A stretch of 64,000 bases of DNA from an uncultured Chloroflexia bacterium (GTDB lineage Bacteria > Chloroflexota > Limnocylindria > QHBO01), in the NCBI GenBank assembly GCA_963827475.1, contig CAWHAZ010000004.1, forward strand, positions 32,001-96,000, read 5' to 3'. Within the stretch, counting starts at the first letter, position 1. Each line of letters opens with the position of its first letter. Position numbers and translations under genes: made by a program. This document shows positions 1 through 9,082 of the stretch, one piece after another. The notes beneath the pieces were generated by a model. It was not told the DNA's origin, ran no database searches, and was given only the letters and a program-made list of their open reading frames with translations.

Positions 1-671
1 AGCTCCTCCCCGGGGACGTTCATCGCGACCGGGTACATGCAGCCGGTGGCGACGACCACCGCGTCGTGGCGCTCCCGCAGCTCGTCCATCGTGATGTCGC
101 GGCCGACCTCGACGTTGTAGTGGAACTCCGCGCCGTGCTTGGCGACCCAGTTCACGTCGAGCTCGATCACGTCGCGCGGCAGCCGGAAGGCGGGGACGCC
201 GATCAGGCACGTCCCACCGCCGGACGGGAGCGCGTCGTAGACATGGACCTCGTGGCCCCAGCCGGCGAGCTCCTTCGCCGCGCTGAGGCCGGCCGGACCG
301 GCGCCGATGACCGCCACGCTCTTGCCCGTGGCCGGCGCGACCTGGATGTCGTCGGGCATGTTGTTGGCGTAGTGCCAGTCCACGAGGAACCGCTTCATGG
401 CCCGGATGGCCAGCGGCTTGTCGATGTCCGCGCGGCGGCACGCCTTCTCGCACGGGGCGGAGCACACGTAGCCGCAGATGGCAGCCACCGGGTTCGGGTC
501 GCGGGCGAGGATGTACCCCTCCTCGAATCGGCCCTCCGCGGCGAGCATCAGGTAGCCGCGGCAGTTGGTGTTGACCGGGCAGCCTTCCTGGCACTCGATG
601 TTGCACTGGAGCCAGTCGACCCCGACCTCCGCCGTCTGGAAACGAAGGGGCACCGCTTCCCGGGCAGTCAT
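1..671 (-). CDS. FAD/NAD(P)-dependent Fe-S oxidoreductase, GltD/NfnB/DsrL-like (runs off the window edge)
   Basis: Manual minus-strand translation: MTAREAVPLRF..CQEGCPVNTNCRGY..ICGYVCSAPCEKACRR..SVAVIGAGPAGLSAA..IGVPAFRLPRDVI; N-terminal Fer4_20-type Cys motifs plus a Rossmann GxGxxG. Confidence 0.85.
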   Translation of the reverse strand, partial: MTAREAVPLRFQTAEVGVDWLQCNIECQEGCPVNTNCRGYLMLAAEGRFEEGYILARDPNPVAAICGYVCSAPCEKACRRADIDKPLAIRAMKRFLVDWHYANNMPDDIQVAPATGKSVAVIGAGPAGLSAAKELAGWGHEVHVYDALPSGGGTCLIGVPAFRLPRDVIELDVNWVAKHGAEFHYNVEVGRDITMDELRERHDAVVVATGCMYPVAMNVPGEE

Positions 672-771
672 GGGCGTTCGCAGTTCATCGAGCGTCCCCT
701 TTGGATCCCCCAGCGGTCGGCTCCGGATTTCCGGCGGTGAACCGGTGTTCGAGGCGGATTTCAGCGGTTCG

Positions 772-801
772 ATGCTACCCGTCGCCCGCTCGCGGTGTCA
801 A
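772..801 (-). promoter_or_regulatory. Sigma70-type promoter TTGACA-N18-TAGCAT for the oxidoreductase
   Basis: Perfect -35 (796-801) and TAnnnT -10 (772-777) on the minus strand. Confidence 0.65.
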
Positions 802-829
802 AGACGCGGACCACGGGTTGGGGCACGTT

Positions 830-2863
830 TCAGCGGCTGAAGTAGGTCGCCATCACCCTCCGCACGAGCGGGGCCGTGGAGGACCCGCCGGTCCCCAGCC
901 GGACGCGGGTCAGGATGCTGGCGACCACGATCTCCGGGCTGCCGGTCGGGGCGAACGCGGGGAACAGGGCGTGGGGGTCCGGGCCTCCCGTCTCCGCAGT
1001 CCCCGACTTGCCGGCAACCGGGATCCCGAAGCCGGCGAAGGCCGCGGTTGCGGTCCCGTACGAAAACGTCGTGACCGACTGGAGCGCCGTGACCACGTAC
1101 TCGAGGTCGGCGGGGTCCATATCGATCTGGCGCCGGACCTGCGGTTGGGTCTGGAGCACGATCCCTCCGTCGGGCGTCGTGGCGCTCGTCACGAGTCGGG
1201 GCATCCACAGCGTCCCGCGGTTGGCAAAGGCGGCGTAGGCGAGGGCCTGCTGGAGCTGGGTGCCGAGGAAGGAGCCCTGGCCGATGGCGAGCTGGATCTG
1301 GTCGAACGAGTTGAACGACACGTACTCGCCCGATCCGCGTCGATGGCTCTCGAACCACAGCCGGTCGGGCAGGACGCCACCCGTCTCCGGCACCCAACCG
1401 ATGCCCGTGGGCTGACCGAACCCGAAGTCGGAGATGAGCTGGGTCAGCGCGCTGCGATCTCGCTGGTAGATGAGCATCGACAGCGGCATGTAGGTCGTAT
1501 TGCAGCTGAACGCCATGGCCTCGACCAGGGAGACCAGGCCAGGAAGCTGGTGCTGCTCGAAGTTCACGAACTGGACGCCGCCGAAGTTCCAGGTCGGCGC
1601 GCAGCTCATCCTCGTCGCCGGGCTGGCCACGTCGATCTTCAGGGCCGCGGCGAGCGCGAACGGCTTGAACGAGGAGCCGGTGGGGTAGGCGCTCTCGACC
1701 GCGTTGTTGCGCATCTGCGCCGCACTCGGAGCGGCGAGCGGGGCGCCGCCGATGGTCGTTCCCAAGGTCATGGCGTTGGGGTTGAACGCCGGTGCCGAAG
1801 CGAGCGCCCACACGTCCCCGGTGCGGGGGTCGACCACCGCGGTGGCCGCCTCCGTTCGCCCGGCAAGCGCGTTCTCCGCCGATCGCTGGATGTCGGGCTG
1901 GATGGTGAGATGCACGTCCGCGGCGGGGGTCGACCGCCGGTCGAGGACCCGCAGCGGCGTGCCGCCGAACGGCTCGGCGACCAGCGCCCGCGCGGCGCGA
2001 CCCCGGAGCGGTCCCTCGGCGCTGGCTTCCACCCCGAGCCGGCCGATGAGCTGGCCGGACTGGTAGCGCCCGGCGGCCGGTTGGGTGGCGGCCTCGTCCG
2101 CCGTCAGCGGCGTCGCGTAGCCGATCGTCTGGCCGGCCAGCGTCTCCTGGGGGTAGATCCTGACCCCGTCGGCACGGGATTCGGCCAGCACCGTCCCGTC
2201 GGCGGCGAGGATGCGGCCCCGGGTCGGCAGCGGGCCCTCTTCGAGGCGGAACGTGCCCCCGGTCGAGCCCAGGGCCGCGAAGAGGAGCTCGGGCGTCCAG
2301 CGAATCGCCCAGCCGTCCGCGCCCGCGGTCAGGTCCATCCTCCGCGCGAGCTCCAGGTCGCCGAAGACGTCTGTGTGGAAGGTGAGCTCCACGTGTGCTC
2401 GGATGGCGGGGACCGGACCGGCCACGACCTCGCCCGTTTCGTCTGAGCCGGGAATCGGCGCTTCGGACGGGTCCGGCGCGGGCAGATCGACGGGGCGTGC
2501 CTCCGGCGGCCGGGCGACGGGCTCGATGCCCACGATCTCCGCGTCCATCCCGGTCAGTCCGACGGCCTCCGCGAACGAGCCATGCTGTCTCGCGAACCCG
2601 ACCCGGGTGTACCGGCCACGGTCGGCGGCGGCGAGCAGCTCGTACATCCGTTCGTAGGACCCGGTGCGCCAGCGCACGAGATAGCGCTCGACCACCGACC
2701 GCGCCTGCTCTTCGGCCGTGTTGGGCGTCGGCTGGCCCGCCCGTGCCACACCGACGGTCGGCGTCCGCGGCATCGGTGGCATCTGTGGCGGCGGCACCTG
2801 TCCGGCCAGCAGGACCGCGACCGCCAGCCCGATGACCGGGATCCGGGCTGCGTGGCGGTTCAA
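830..2863 (-). CDS. Class B penicillin-binding transpeptidase with NTF2-like (MecA_N) N-terminal domain
   Basis: SxxK (SSFK), SxN (SCN) and KSGT motifs; GRLGVE dimerisation-domain motif; N-terminal hydrophobic anchor; start uncertain (TTG 2863 or GTG 2899). Confidence 0.9.
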   Translation of the reverse strand: MNRHAARIPVIGLAVAVLLAGQVPPPQMPPMPRTPTVGVARAGQPTPNTAEEQARSVVERYLVRWRTGSYERMYELLAAADRGRYTRVGFARQHGSFAEAVGLTGMDAEIVGIEPVARPPEARPVDLPAPDPSEAPIPGSDETGEVVAGPVPAIRAHVELTFHTDVFGDLELARRMDLTAGADGWAIRWTPELLFAALGSTGGTFRLEEGPLPTRGRILAADGTVLAESRADGVRIYPQETLAGQTIGYATPLTADEAATQPAAGRYQSGQLIGRLGVEASAEGPLRGRAARALVAEPFGGTPLRVLDRRSTPAADVHLTIQPDIQRSAENALAGRTEAATAVVDPRTGDVWALASAPAFNPNAMTLGTTIGGAPLAAPSAAQMRNNAVESAYPTGSSFKPFALAAALKIDVASPATRMSCAPTWNFGGVQFVNFEQHQLPGLVSLVEAMAFSCNTTYMPLSMLIYQRDRSALTQLISDFGFGQPTGIGWVPETGGVLPDRLWFESHRRGSGEYVSFNSFDQIQLAIGQGSFLGTQLQQALAYAAFANRGTLWMPRLVTSATTPDGGIVLQTQPQVRRQIDMDPADLEYVVTALQSVTTFSYGTATAAFAGFGIPVAGKSGTAETGGPDPHALFPAFAPTGSPEIVVASILTRVRLGTGGSSTAPLVRRVMATYFSR

Positions 2864-2888
2864 CGACCCAGCCCCCCGGCGACGACGC

Positions 2889-5387
2889 TCAGGTCCCACT
2901 CCCGACCGGGACGGCGACCGGCTCGGTCCGGTCGGCCGGGGTTGGCGCCAGTGGGAGCCGGATGATCCGATGCGGTTCGCCGACGAGCTGGCTCTCGGCC
3001 CACTCGAGGACGGCCTCGTCGTGCGTGAACAGGATGAGCTGCCGCTCGGCGGCCATCGCGTGCAGCATGTCGAGGATCGCCCGCCGCCGGCCCGCGTCGG
3101 CCTGGGCGGTGACCTCGTCGAGGAGCATCGGCGCCACCTCGGCGGTAGTGACCAGGTGCTGTGCCATCGCCATCCGCAACAGCAGGTAGACCTGCTCGCG
3201 GGTCCCTCCCGACAGGAGGCGGGCCTGGCGCCAGGCGCCGGTCGCTCGCTCCTTGACCTCGATCGACAGGTCCGCCGGGTTCACTCCGGCCTCTTCGTAG
3301 ACGCCACCGCTGAGGATCGGCAGCCATTGACGGATCGCGGCCGCCAGCAGCGGGGCCAGGTCGCGGTGCACCTGGCGCTGGGCGGCCTCCAGCAGACCGA
3401 GGGTCTCGTCGATGAGGCCGGCGAGCTCGGTGACCTGCTCCAGGCGGCGTCGCGCGGTGGCGGCGGCCTCCTCGGCCGCCGGGACGTCGATGAGATCCGC
3501 CTCCCGCACCGCAAGCGCCCCGGACAGCGAGGCGGCGCGCTCGCGCTGCCGCTCCACCTCGGCCGCGGCGGACGCCTCGTCGATCCCGTCAGCGCTTCCC
3601 TCCTCGGCGCCCGCTGCCGTCGTCAAGGATCCGGCCGTCGCTTCCAGTCGAGCGGCCTCGGCGGCCAGCTCGGCGACCGTCTGACCGTCCAGCAGCCCGG
3701 TCAGCTCCTCGTACTCGCGAATCGACCGCTCGGCCTGCTCGGCCTGTGCCGCCCGGCGGGTGCGCCATGCCTCGAGGCCGGCGACCACCATCTCGATCGG
3801 GGCATCGACCGCTTCTGGGACATCCGCCGAGGTTGCCGCGGCCCGCAGGAAGCGCTCCGCCTCCGCGCCCGCGCGCGCCCGGTCGGCGGCGGCCTGCTCC
3901 GCGGCGCGGGCCGTCGTCAGCTCGTGTTCCAGGGCGACAGCGCCCGCCGCCGCGGCGGCGACCTCCGCCCGCTCGCGGCACGCCGCCTCGTATTCGGCGG
4001 CAGCGGCCCTTGGGTCGCTGCCGGGCTCCACCCCACGCGCCCGCAGCGCTGTCGCCAGCGCCGCGCGGGCTGCGACCGTCCGTTCCTCCGCGGCGGCGGG
4101 CAGAGCCGAGCCAATGGCTTGCCCCTCCGTCCTCTGGCGGGCCCTGGCCAGGACGGACCAGCCGACGATGCCCACGGCCAGCGCTCCGAGCAGCCCACCA
4201 AGCACCGGGGCGCCGAGCAGCAGGGCGACGGCGGCGACCCCAAGGAGCAGTGCCCCGGCCACCAGCGGCGCTATCGGCCAGGACCGCTGCTCGCGACCGG
4301 ACCCAACGTCCGAGGCCGCCTCGTCGAGCGCGCGTTGCGCCTCCTCGGCGAGCTCCAGCTCGCGGACGGCGGCCACGACCTCGTCCGCTGGTCGGAGGTC
4401 CCCGGACGGCCGTGGCGGCAGGGCATGCAGCTCGGCCTCGATCTCGGCGCTCAGGCGCTCGACCATGACCGGCTCAGTCGGCCGCGTCTTCCAGCCGGCG
4501 AGCGCAGCCGCGACCTCATCGGCCAGCTCGTCCCGGGCGGCCAGCTCCGCCGGCGGGATGGGATACCGGTCCGCCAGCTCCGCCGCGCGATCGGCCCGCC
4601 GACGGGTGGCTACGGCCGCGGCTTGGGCGGCCCCCAGCCGGGCGACGGTCAAGCGACGTTCGGCCTGCGCCAGGGCATCAGCCGCCGCTTCGGCCTGCGC
4701 GTGCTGGTCGAGATAGGCGGCGTGCCGGCGGCGTGCCTCCACGAGCTCCTCGTCGCGCGCGGCGACTTCGCGCATGGCCGTGCGCAGCGGCCCCTTGGCG
4801 ACGGATGTATCGGCCCCAACGGCGCGGCGGCGGTGCTCCCGGAGCCGTTCGATGGCGCCGGCCGCCGTCGCATCGGTCCCGTGCGCGGCAGCCGCGCGCT
4901 GCATGTGCTGCTGGAGCTCGTCCGCGCTGTCGGCCACGGCCAGCATCTCGCCCTGTCCGACGGCGAGCGTTGACGCGAACGCGTCGCGGTCAAGGCCGAG
5001 CCAGATCGACGCATCGGGCGTCCCGTCGGGTCTGGTGATCTCGGCCGACACGTCGACTCCGAGGTCGAGATCGGTCGCGCGGCAGGCGACCTTGCCGAGC
5101 AGATCCTGGACGAGGTCGATGCGCCGATCCGCGAGGTGTATGCGGGCCTCGACCGCCCATCGGTCTGGGTCGTCCCACGGGCGGTGCCGCTCCTCGAGCG
5201 CGGCCGCCTCCTTCGTGGCGCTGCCCCTGCCGCGGCGAACGCCGGTGAGCGCCATGCGGATCGCGGCATGCCAGGTGGTCTTGCCCGCCTCGTTCGGGCC
5301 GAAGACGACGTTCAGACCCGGCCCGAGCTCCAGGCTCTGGTCACGCAGCGCGCCGAAGGCCCGTGCGGTGACCCGCTCGATCCACAT
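2889..5387 (-). CDS. Rad50/SbcC-like AAA ATPase (YhaN/SbcE type) with internal transmembrane hairpin
   Basis: Walker A GPNEAGKT, long Ala/Glu/Arg coiled coil, signature LSGGT, Walker B MLLDE, FTH switch. Confidence 0.9.
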   Translation of the reverse strand: MWIERVTARAFGALRDQSLELGPGLNVVFGPNEAGKTTWHAAIRMALTGVRRGRGSATKEAAALEERHRPWDDPDRWAVEARIHLADRRIDLVQDLLGKVACRATDLDLGVDVSAEITRPDGTPDASIWLGLDRDAFASTLAVGQGEMLAVADSADELQQHMQRAAAAHGTDATAAGAIERLREHRRRAVGADTSVAKGPLRTAMREVAARDEELVEARRRHAAYLDQHAQAEAAADALAQAERRLTVARLGAAQAAAVATRRRADRAAELADRYPIPPAELAARDELADEVAAALAGWKTRPTEPVMVERLSAEIEAELHALPPRPSGDLRPADEVVAAVRELELAEEAQRALDEAASDVGSGREQRSWPIAPLVAGALLLGVAAVALLLGAPVLGGLLGALAVGIVGWSVLARARQRTEGQAIGSALPAAAEERTVAARAALATALRARGVEPGSDPRAAAAEYEAACRERAEVAAAAAGAVALEHELTTARAAEQAAADRARAGAEAERFLRAAATSADVPEAVDAPIEMVVAGLEAWRTRRAAQAEQAERSIREYEELTGLLDGQTVAELAAEAARLEATAGSLTTAAGAEEGSADGIDEASAAAEVERQRERAASLSGALAVREADLIDVPAAEEAAATARRRLEQVTELAGLIDETLGLLEAAQRQVHRDLAPLLAAAIRQWLPILSGGVYEEAGVNPADLSIEVKERATGAWRQARLLSGGTREQVYLLLRMAMAQHLVTTAEVAPMLLDEVTAQADAGRRRAILDMLHAMAAERQLILFTHDEAVLEWAESQLVGEPHRIIRLPLAPTPADRTEPVAVPVGSGT

Positions 5388-5390
5388 CGG

Positions 5391-6482
5391 TCAGGCCACC
5401 TCCAGCTCAGCCCGGTCCTCGAAGGCCCGCAGGCCGAGGAGGACCACGCGGTGGCGGCGTTCCGGGTCGGAGATCTCGAGCGCGGTCCGCAGAAACTGCC
5501 CGCGCACGGTCGCCTCCTCGGCGATGGCCGCCAGGTCGTACCCGACCATGACGCGGTCGCGGCGGATGACGAGCCCATCGAGGTGGCCGCCGAGGGCGGC
5601 GAGATCCGCGCCGTCGACCCGGACCACGGGCGCGACCGTCCCGGTGAGGGTCACCCGGACTGAGCCCCGCAGGCCGCCGACCACGGCGTTGACCCGGTCC
5701 CGTACGTCGTCCGCGTGCTCGCAGCCGTCGAGCGCGACCTCGACGTCGTGGACCTGGCTGACGGCGACCACGCGTCGCTCGCGTTGCACGAGGCCGTCCG
5801 GCCCGACTGTGGCGAGGACCGCTGCCCGCTCACCGGTCTCGCCAAACTCGAGCGGATCCGGGTTGCCCGGGTAGGTGTGGCGCTCCGCGTCCTTCGGCAG
5901 GTGGAAGTGTCCGAGGAACGCGTGGGCGAAGCCGGCGGCCTCGATCTCCGCCGCGTCGAAGGGGGCGTGGGGCTGCTTCCCGCTCTCCTGGGCCGTCAAC
6001 CAGCTCCGTTCCGAGGCGTGGGCAAGGGCGATGTGGACTCCGCCGCCGACGGCGCGGGCGGAACCGAAGAAGTCGTCGGTGTTGGCCGGCGCGCGGTGGG
6101 CCGCCCCCCACAGGGTTACCCCATCGGTGAGGGGGACCGGTACCAGCTGCGCATCGGTGAACACGTGGACGTTCGGGCTCCAGTGGGTCACCGCGTACGG
6201 GCTCTGGGGTCCGTACCAGTCATGGTTGCCCGGCGCGAGGAAGATCGGTCTGCTGCTCCGGGCGAAGCTGGACTGCAGGAAGGCGACGGTGTCCGGCTGG
6301 ACGCGGTCGTGCTCGAACAGGTCGCCGGCGCACAGGATCGCATCCACCTGCTCGGCTTCGGCCAGGGCCAGGATGCGGGCCAGGGTGTCGCGCCGATGCT
6401 GCCGCCGTCGGTGAGCGGCCTCCGGCTCGAGCCAGGCGAACGGGGCGTCGAGATGGAGGTCCGCGAAGTGCAGCAGCTTCAT
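5391..6482 (-). CDS. Mre11/SbcD-like DNA repair exonuclease (YhaO type)
   Basis: Metallophosphoesterase motifs ADLHLD, AGDLFE, PGNHD, LGHFH, YPGNP; directly upstream of the Rad50-like gene. Confidence 0.92.
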   Translation of the reverse strand: MKLLHFADLHLDAPFAWLEPEAAHRRRQHRRDTLARILALAEAEQVDAILCAGDLFEHDRVQPDTVAFLQSSFARSSRPIFLAPGNHDWYGPQSPYAVTHWSPNVHVFTDAQLVPVPLTDGVTLWGAAHRAPANTDDFFGSARAVGGGVHIALAHASERSWLTAQESGKQPHAPFDAAEIEAAGFAHAFLGHFHLPKDAERHTYPGNPDPLEFGETGERAAVLATVGPDGLVQRERRVVAVSQVHDVEVALDGCEHADDVRDRVNAVVGGLRGSVRVTLTGTVAPVVRVDGADLAALGGHLDGLVIRRDRVMVGYDLAAIAEEATVRGQFLRTALEISDPERRHRVVLLGLRAFEDRAELEVA

Positions 6483-6528
6483 CGGTGGCAAGGATACGGT
6501 CCGCGGCGTGACAGCTCGGGCGTCGCGG

Positions 6529-6684
6529 CTACGCCTCCTGGGCGCGGCGCAGCTCGACGGCGAGCAGGACGACGGCGACGGCGAGCAGCAGATGGACGAT
6601 CGGACCGATCTCCACCAGCAGCCCGAGCAGCCAGCCGACCACGCACAGACCGATCCCGATCCACGCCAGCGAGATCCCGTTCAT
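6529..6684 (-). CDS. Small two-TM membrane protein (51 aa, lmo0937-like)
   Basis: MNGISLAWIGIGLCVVGWLLGLLVEIGPIVHLLLAVAVVLLAVELRRAQEA; ATGA overlap with the upstream mini-ORF. Confidence 0.6.
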   Translation of the reverse strand: MNGISLAWIGIGLCVVGWLLGLLVEIGPIVHLLLAVAVVLLAVELRRAQEA

Positions 6685-6785
6685 GGAACGGGGTTGGTGA
6701 GCGACACGAGGCCCAGGACCGCGGCGATGATGGCCAGGCCGATGAGGGCGACCGCCACGGTGGCGGCCACCTCGCGGCCCCTCAC
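6681..6785 (-). CDS. Small single-TM peptide (34 aa)
   Basis: (V)RGREVAATVAVALIGLAIIAAVLGLVSLTNPVP; GTGA overlap with the bcp stop and ATGA overlap with the next gene. Confidence 0.5.
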   Translation of the reverse strand: MRGREVAATVAVALIGLAIIAAVLGLVSLTNPVP

Positions 6786-7248
6786 CCGGCGAGGACCTCG
6801 ACCAGCTGCCCCAGGTGCTCGACGGGTTTGACCCGTGCGAAGGACGTGCTCGACGCGACCGTCCGGACCAATGACGAAGGACGTCCGCTCGACCCCGTGG
6901 TACGTCCGCCCCATGTACGTCTTCTCGACCCACGTGCCGTAGGCGTCCGCGACCTTATGGCCCTCGTCGGACAGGAGGCGATGCTTCAGGCCGTACTTGT
7001 CGCGGAACTTCACGTGGCTCTTGACACTGTCCGGCGAGACGCCGAACATCTCCGCATCGAGGGCCTCCGCCACCGACCAGTTGTCGCGCAGGGAGCAGGC
7101 CTGCGCCGTGCAGCCCGGCGTGTCGTCCTTGGGGTAGAAGTACAGGACGTACCGCTGGCCCGGCGAGGCTCTCGGAGGTGACGAGCGATCCATCGTCGGC
7201 TTGCATGGCGAAATCGGGGGCCTTGGTGCCCACCTCCGGGTAGCTCAC
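6782..7248 (-). CDS. bcp: Peroxiredoxin Bcp/PrxQ (two apparent frameshifts)
   Basis: VGTKAPDF..VLYFYPKDDTPGCTAQAC..GVSPD..ERTSFVIGPDG; frame changes near 7160 and 6840. Confidence 0.88.
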
Positions 7249-7260
7249 GGCCGGGCCATC

Positions 7261-8271
7261 CTATCGCAGGCCGATCGAGAGCAGGACCGTGGGCAGCCGG
7301 CGCGGCTGGAGGCGCGCGGCGAGGTCGGCCGCGACCTCCGCGAGCAGATCCGGCGTCGCCTCGCCGAGGTCGTGTCCGGCGCCCGGGACGAGGATGCGTC
7401 GCGGGGCGGCGGTCGCGGCCAGGGCGGCGGCGAGCAGCGTGGACTCGTCCGGGTGGACCCACCCGTCCAGCTCGCCGTGCACGAGGGTGACCGATCGGCG
7501 CTGGAGGGTGGCCAGGGCCCGGGTCGGGATCCGCATCGCCTGTTCCCAGCCGGCCAGGCCGAGCGTGGCGTGGCGGCCGCCGGCCATGGTCAGGGTCATC
7601 TCCGTCTCGCCCCTCTCGGCGCGCTCGATGAGCTCCTCCAGGCCACGATCGAGGGCGACCACGAATGGGTGGGACGGCTCGGGGTTGACTCCGTTCGGAT
7701 GTCGCCCCCGTTCGGCGGCGGCCCGGCGGAGGACGTCTCGGAGGCCGCGGGCCGGGGCGCCGATCAGGGTCAGGGGACCGACCCCCGGGTCCGCCGCCGC
7801 CACGCTGAGCGCGAGCCACGCGCCCTCGCCGTGGCCGACCAGCCCGATGCGGGTCGGGTCGACGGCCTCGTGCCCGCGCAGGGCGGAGAGCGCGTCGCGC
7901 GCGTCGTCGACGAGGGTGAAGAGGCCCGCCGTCGACCACTCCCCGCCGGAGCGGCCGCAGCCGCGCTTGTCGAACCGGAGGCTGGCCACGCCGTGGTCGG
8001 CCAGCGCCGTGGCGAGGCGGCCGAGCAGACCGCCCGCGGACTCCGGCTCGGGGGCGAACCAGCCGTCGTGCCGGCCCTGGTCGAGCCGGCCGTCTCGATC
8101 GCGGGGGAGGAGGCTGGGCAGGAGGAGCACGGCCGGCCAGCGCTGGTCCGGGCTCGCGGCTGCCTCATCGGCTCGTCGATCGGTCGCCTCGTCGGTCGCA
8201 TCGGGGCGGGTCAGGGTCCCGGCGAGGACGACCTGGCCGGCGGTGATGGACAGCTCTTCGTCACGGGCCAT
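7261..8271 (-). CDS. Alpha/beta hydrolase-fold protein with GHGEG in place of the nucleophile motif GHSEG
   Basis: LAGTLTRP, LRFDKRGCGRS, RIGLVGHGEG, VHGELDGWV, GAGHD. Confidence 0.8.
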   Translation of the reverse strand: MARDEELSITAGQVVLAGTLTRPDATDEATDRRADEAAASPDQRWPAVLLLPSLLPRDRDGRLDQGRHDGWFAPEPESAGGLLGRLATALADHGVASLRFDKRGCGRSGGEWSTAGLFTLVDDARDALSALRGHEAVDPTRIGLVGHGEGAWLALSVAAADPGVGPLTLIGAPARGLRDVLRRAAAERGRHPNGVNPEPSHPFVVALDRGLEELIERAERGETEMTLTMAGGRHATLGLAGWEQAMRIPTRALATLQRRSVTLVHGELDGWVHPDESTLLAAALAATAAPRRILVPGAGHDLGEATPDLLAEVAADLAARLQPRRLPTVLLSIGLR

Positions 8272-8292
8272 GGCCCGGCCATCATCCTCCAC

Positions 8293-9079
8293 TCAACCGA
8301 AGATGAAGGCCCAGCTCCCTACCGCGACGCTGACCGCGACCGCGACCACGCCCAGGACGCCCGCGGCGAGGAGCAGCAGCCAATCGGCGCGTCGCATCCG
8401 GGGTGGCCGGGCCAGGGTGCGAGGCGTTCCGCTGTCGAAGCCACGGGCGTCCATCGCCATCGCCAGCCGGCCGGCGCGGCGGATGGTCGACACCAGCAGG
8501 ATGACCACCGCCGTGAGCGCCAGTCGAGCGGCGACGAGCGGATTGCGGCCCGCGTCCACTCCTCGGGCCCGTCGCGCCATCCCGATCGATTGCCATTCGA
8601 TCCCCAGGACCGGCACCAGGCGAAGGGTCGCCAGCGCGCCGACCGCCAGCCGGGCAGGCACGTGGAGGTGACCGATGAGCCCTGACGCCAGGTCAGCAGG
8701 ATCGGTCGTTGCCAGGGCGAGGATCCCGGCCAGGGCGATCGCCGCCACCCGGAGGCCGAGGGCCAGCCCAAGGGCGACCCGATCCACGGCCGTGTCGGTG
8801 GGAAGGACGGCGGACGTCCCGGACAGCAGCGCGTTCACGCGTCCCGAGCACGGTGGCCACGACGACCACCGGGAGCAGGAGCCGGCCCACGGCGGCCGGT
8901 CGGAGGCCGGTCCCGGCCAGGGCGATGCCCTCGCCCGCGAGCAGGATGGCCGGCGTGACCGGGTCGCGGGACGCGAAGGCGACCGCCATCACGATCACCG
9001 CCGCGCCGAGCTTGGCGACGGGATCGGCGGCGGGCAGGAAGGCCGCCGGGTTGGCGAGGGCCGGCGCGCGGAGGTGCAT
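8293..9079 (-). CDS. ECF transporter transmembrane (T) component (frameshift near 8840)
   Basis: DPVAKL N-terminus; ARRARG and AMDARGF coupling-helix motifs. Confidence 0.88.
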
Positions 9080-9082
9080 CGG

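Noticed and set aside
6491-6513. PafBC/RecA-NDp-like promoter (TGTC-N13-TATCCT) before the sbcD-like gene
   Set aside because: Spacing is one base off the TGTCGG-N10-TA consensus, GG is missing, and no match was seen before ku or ligB
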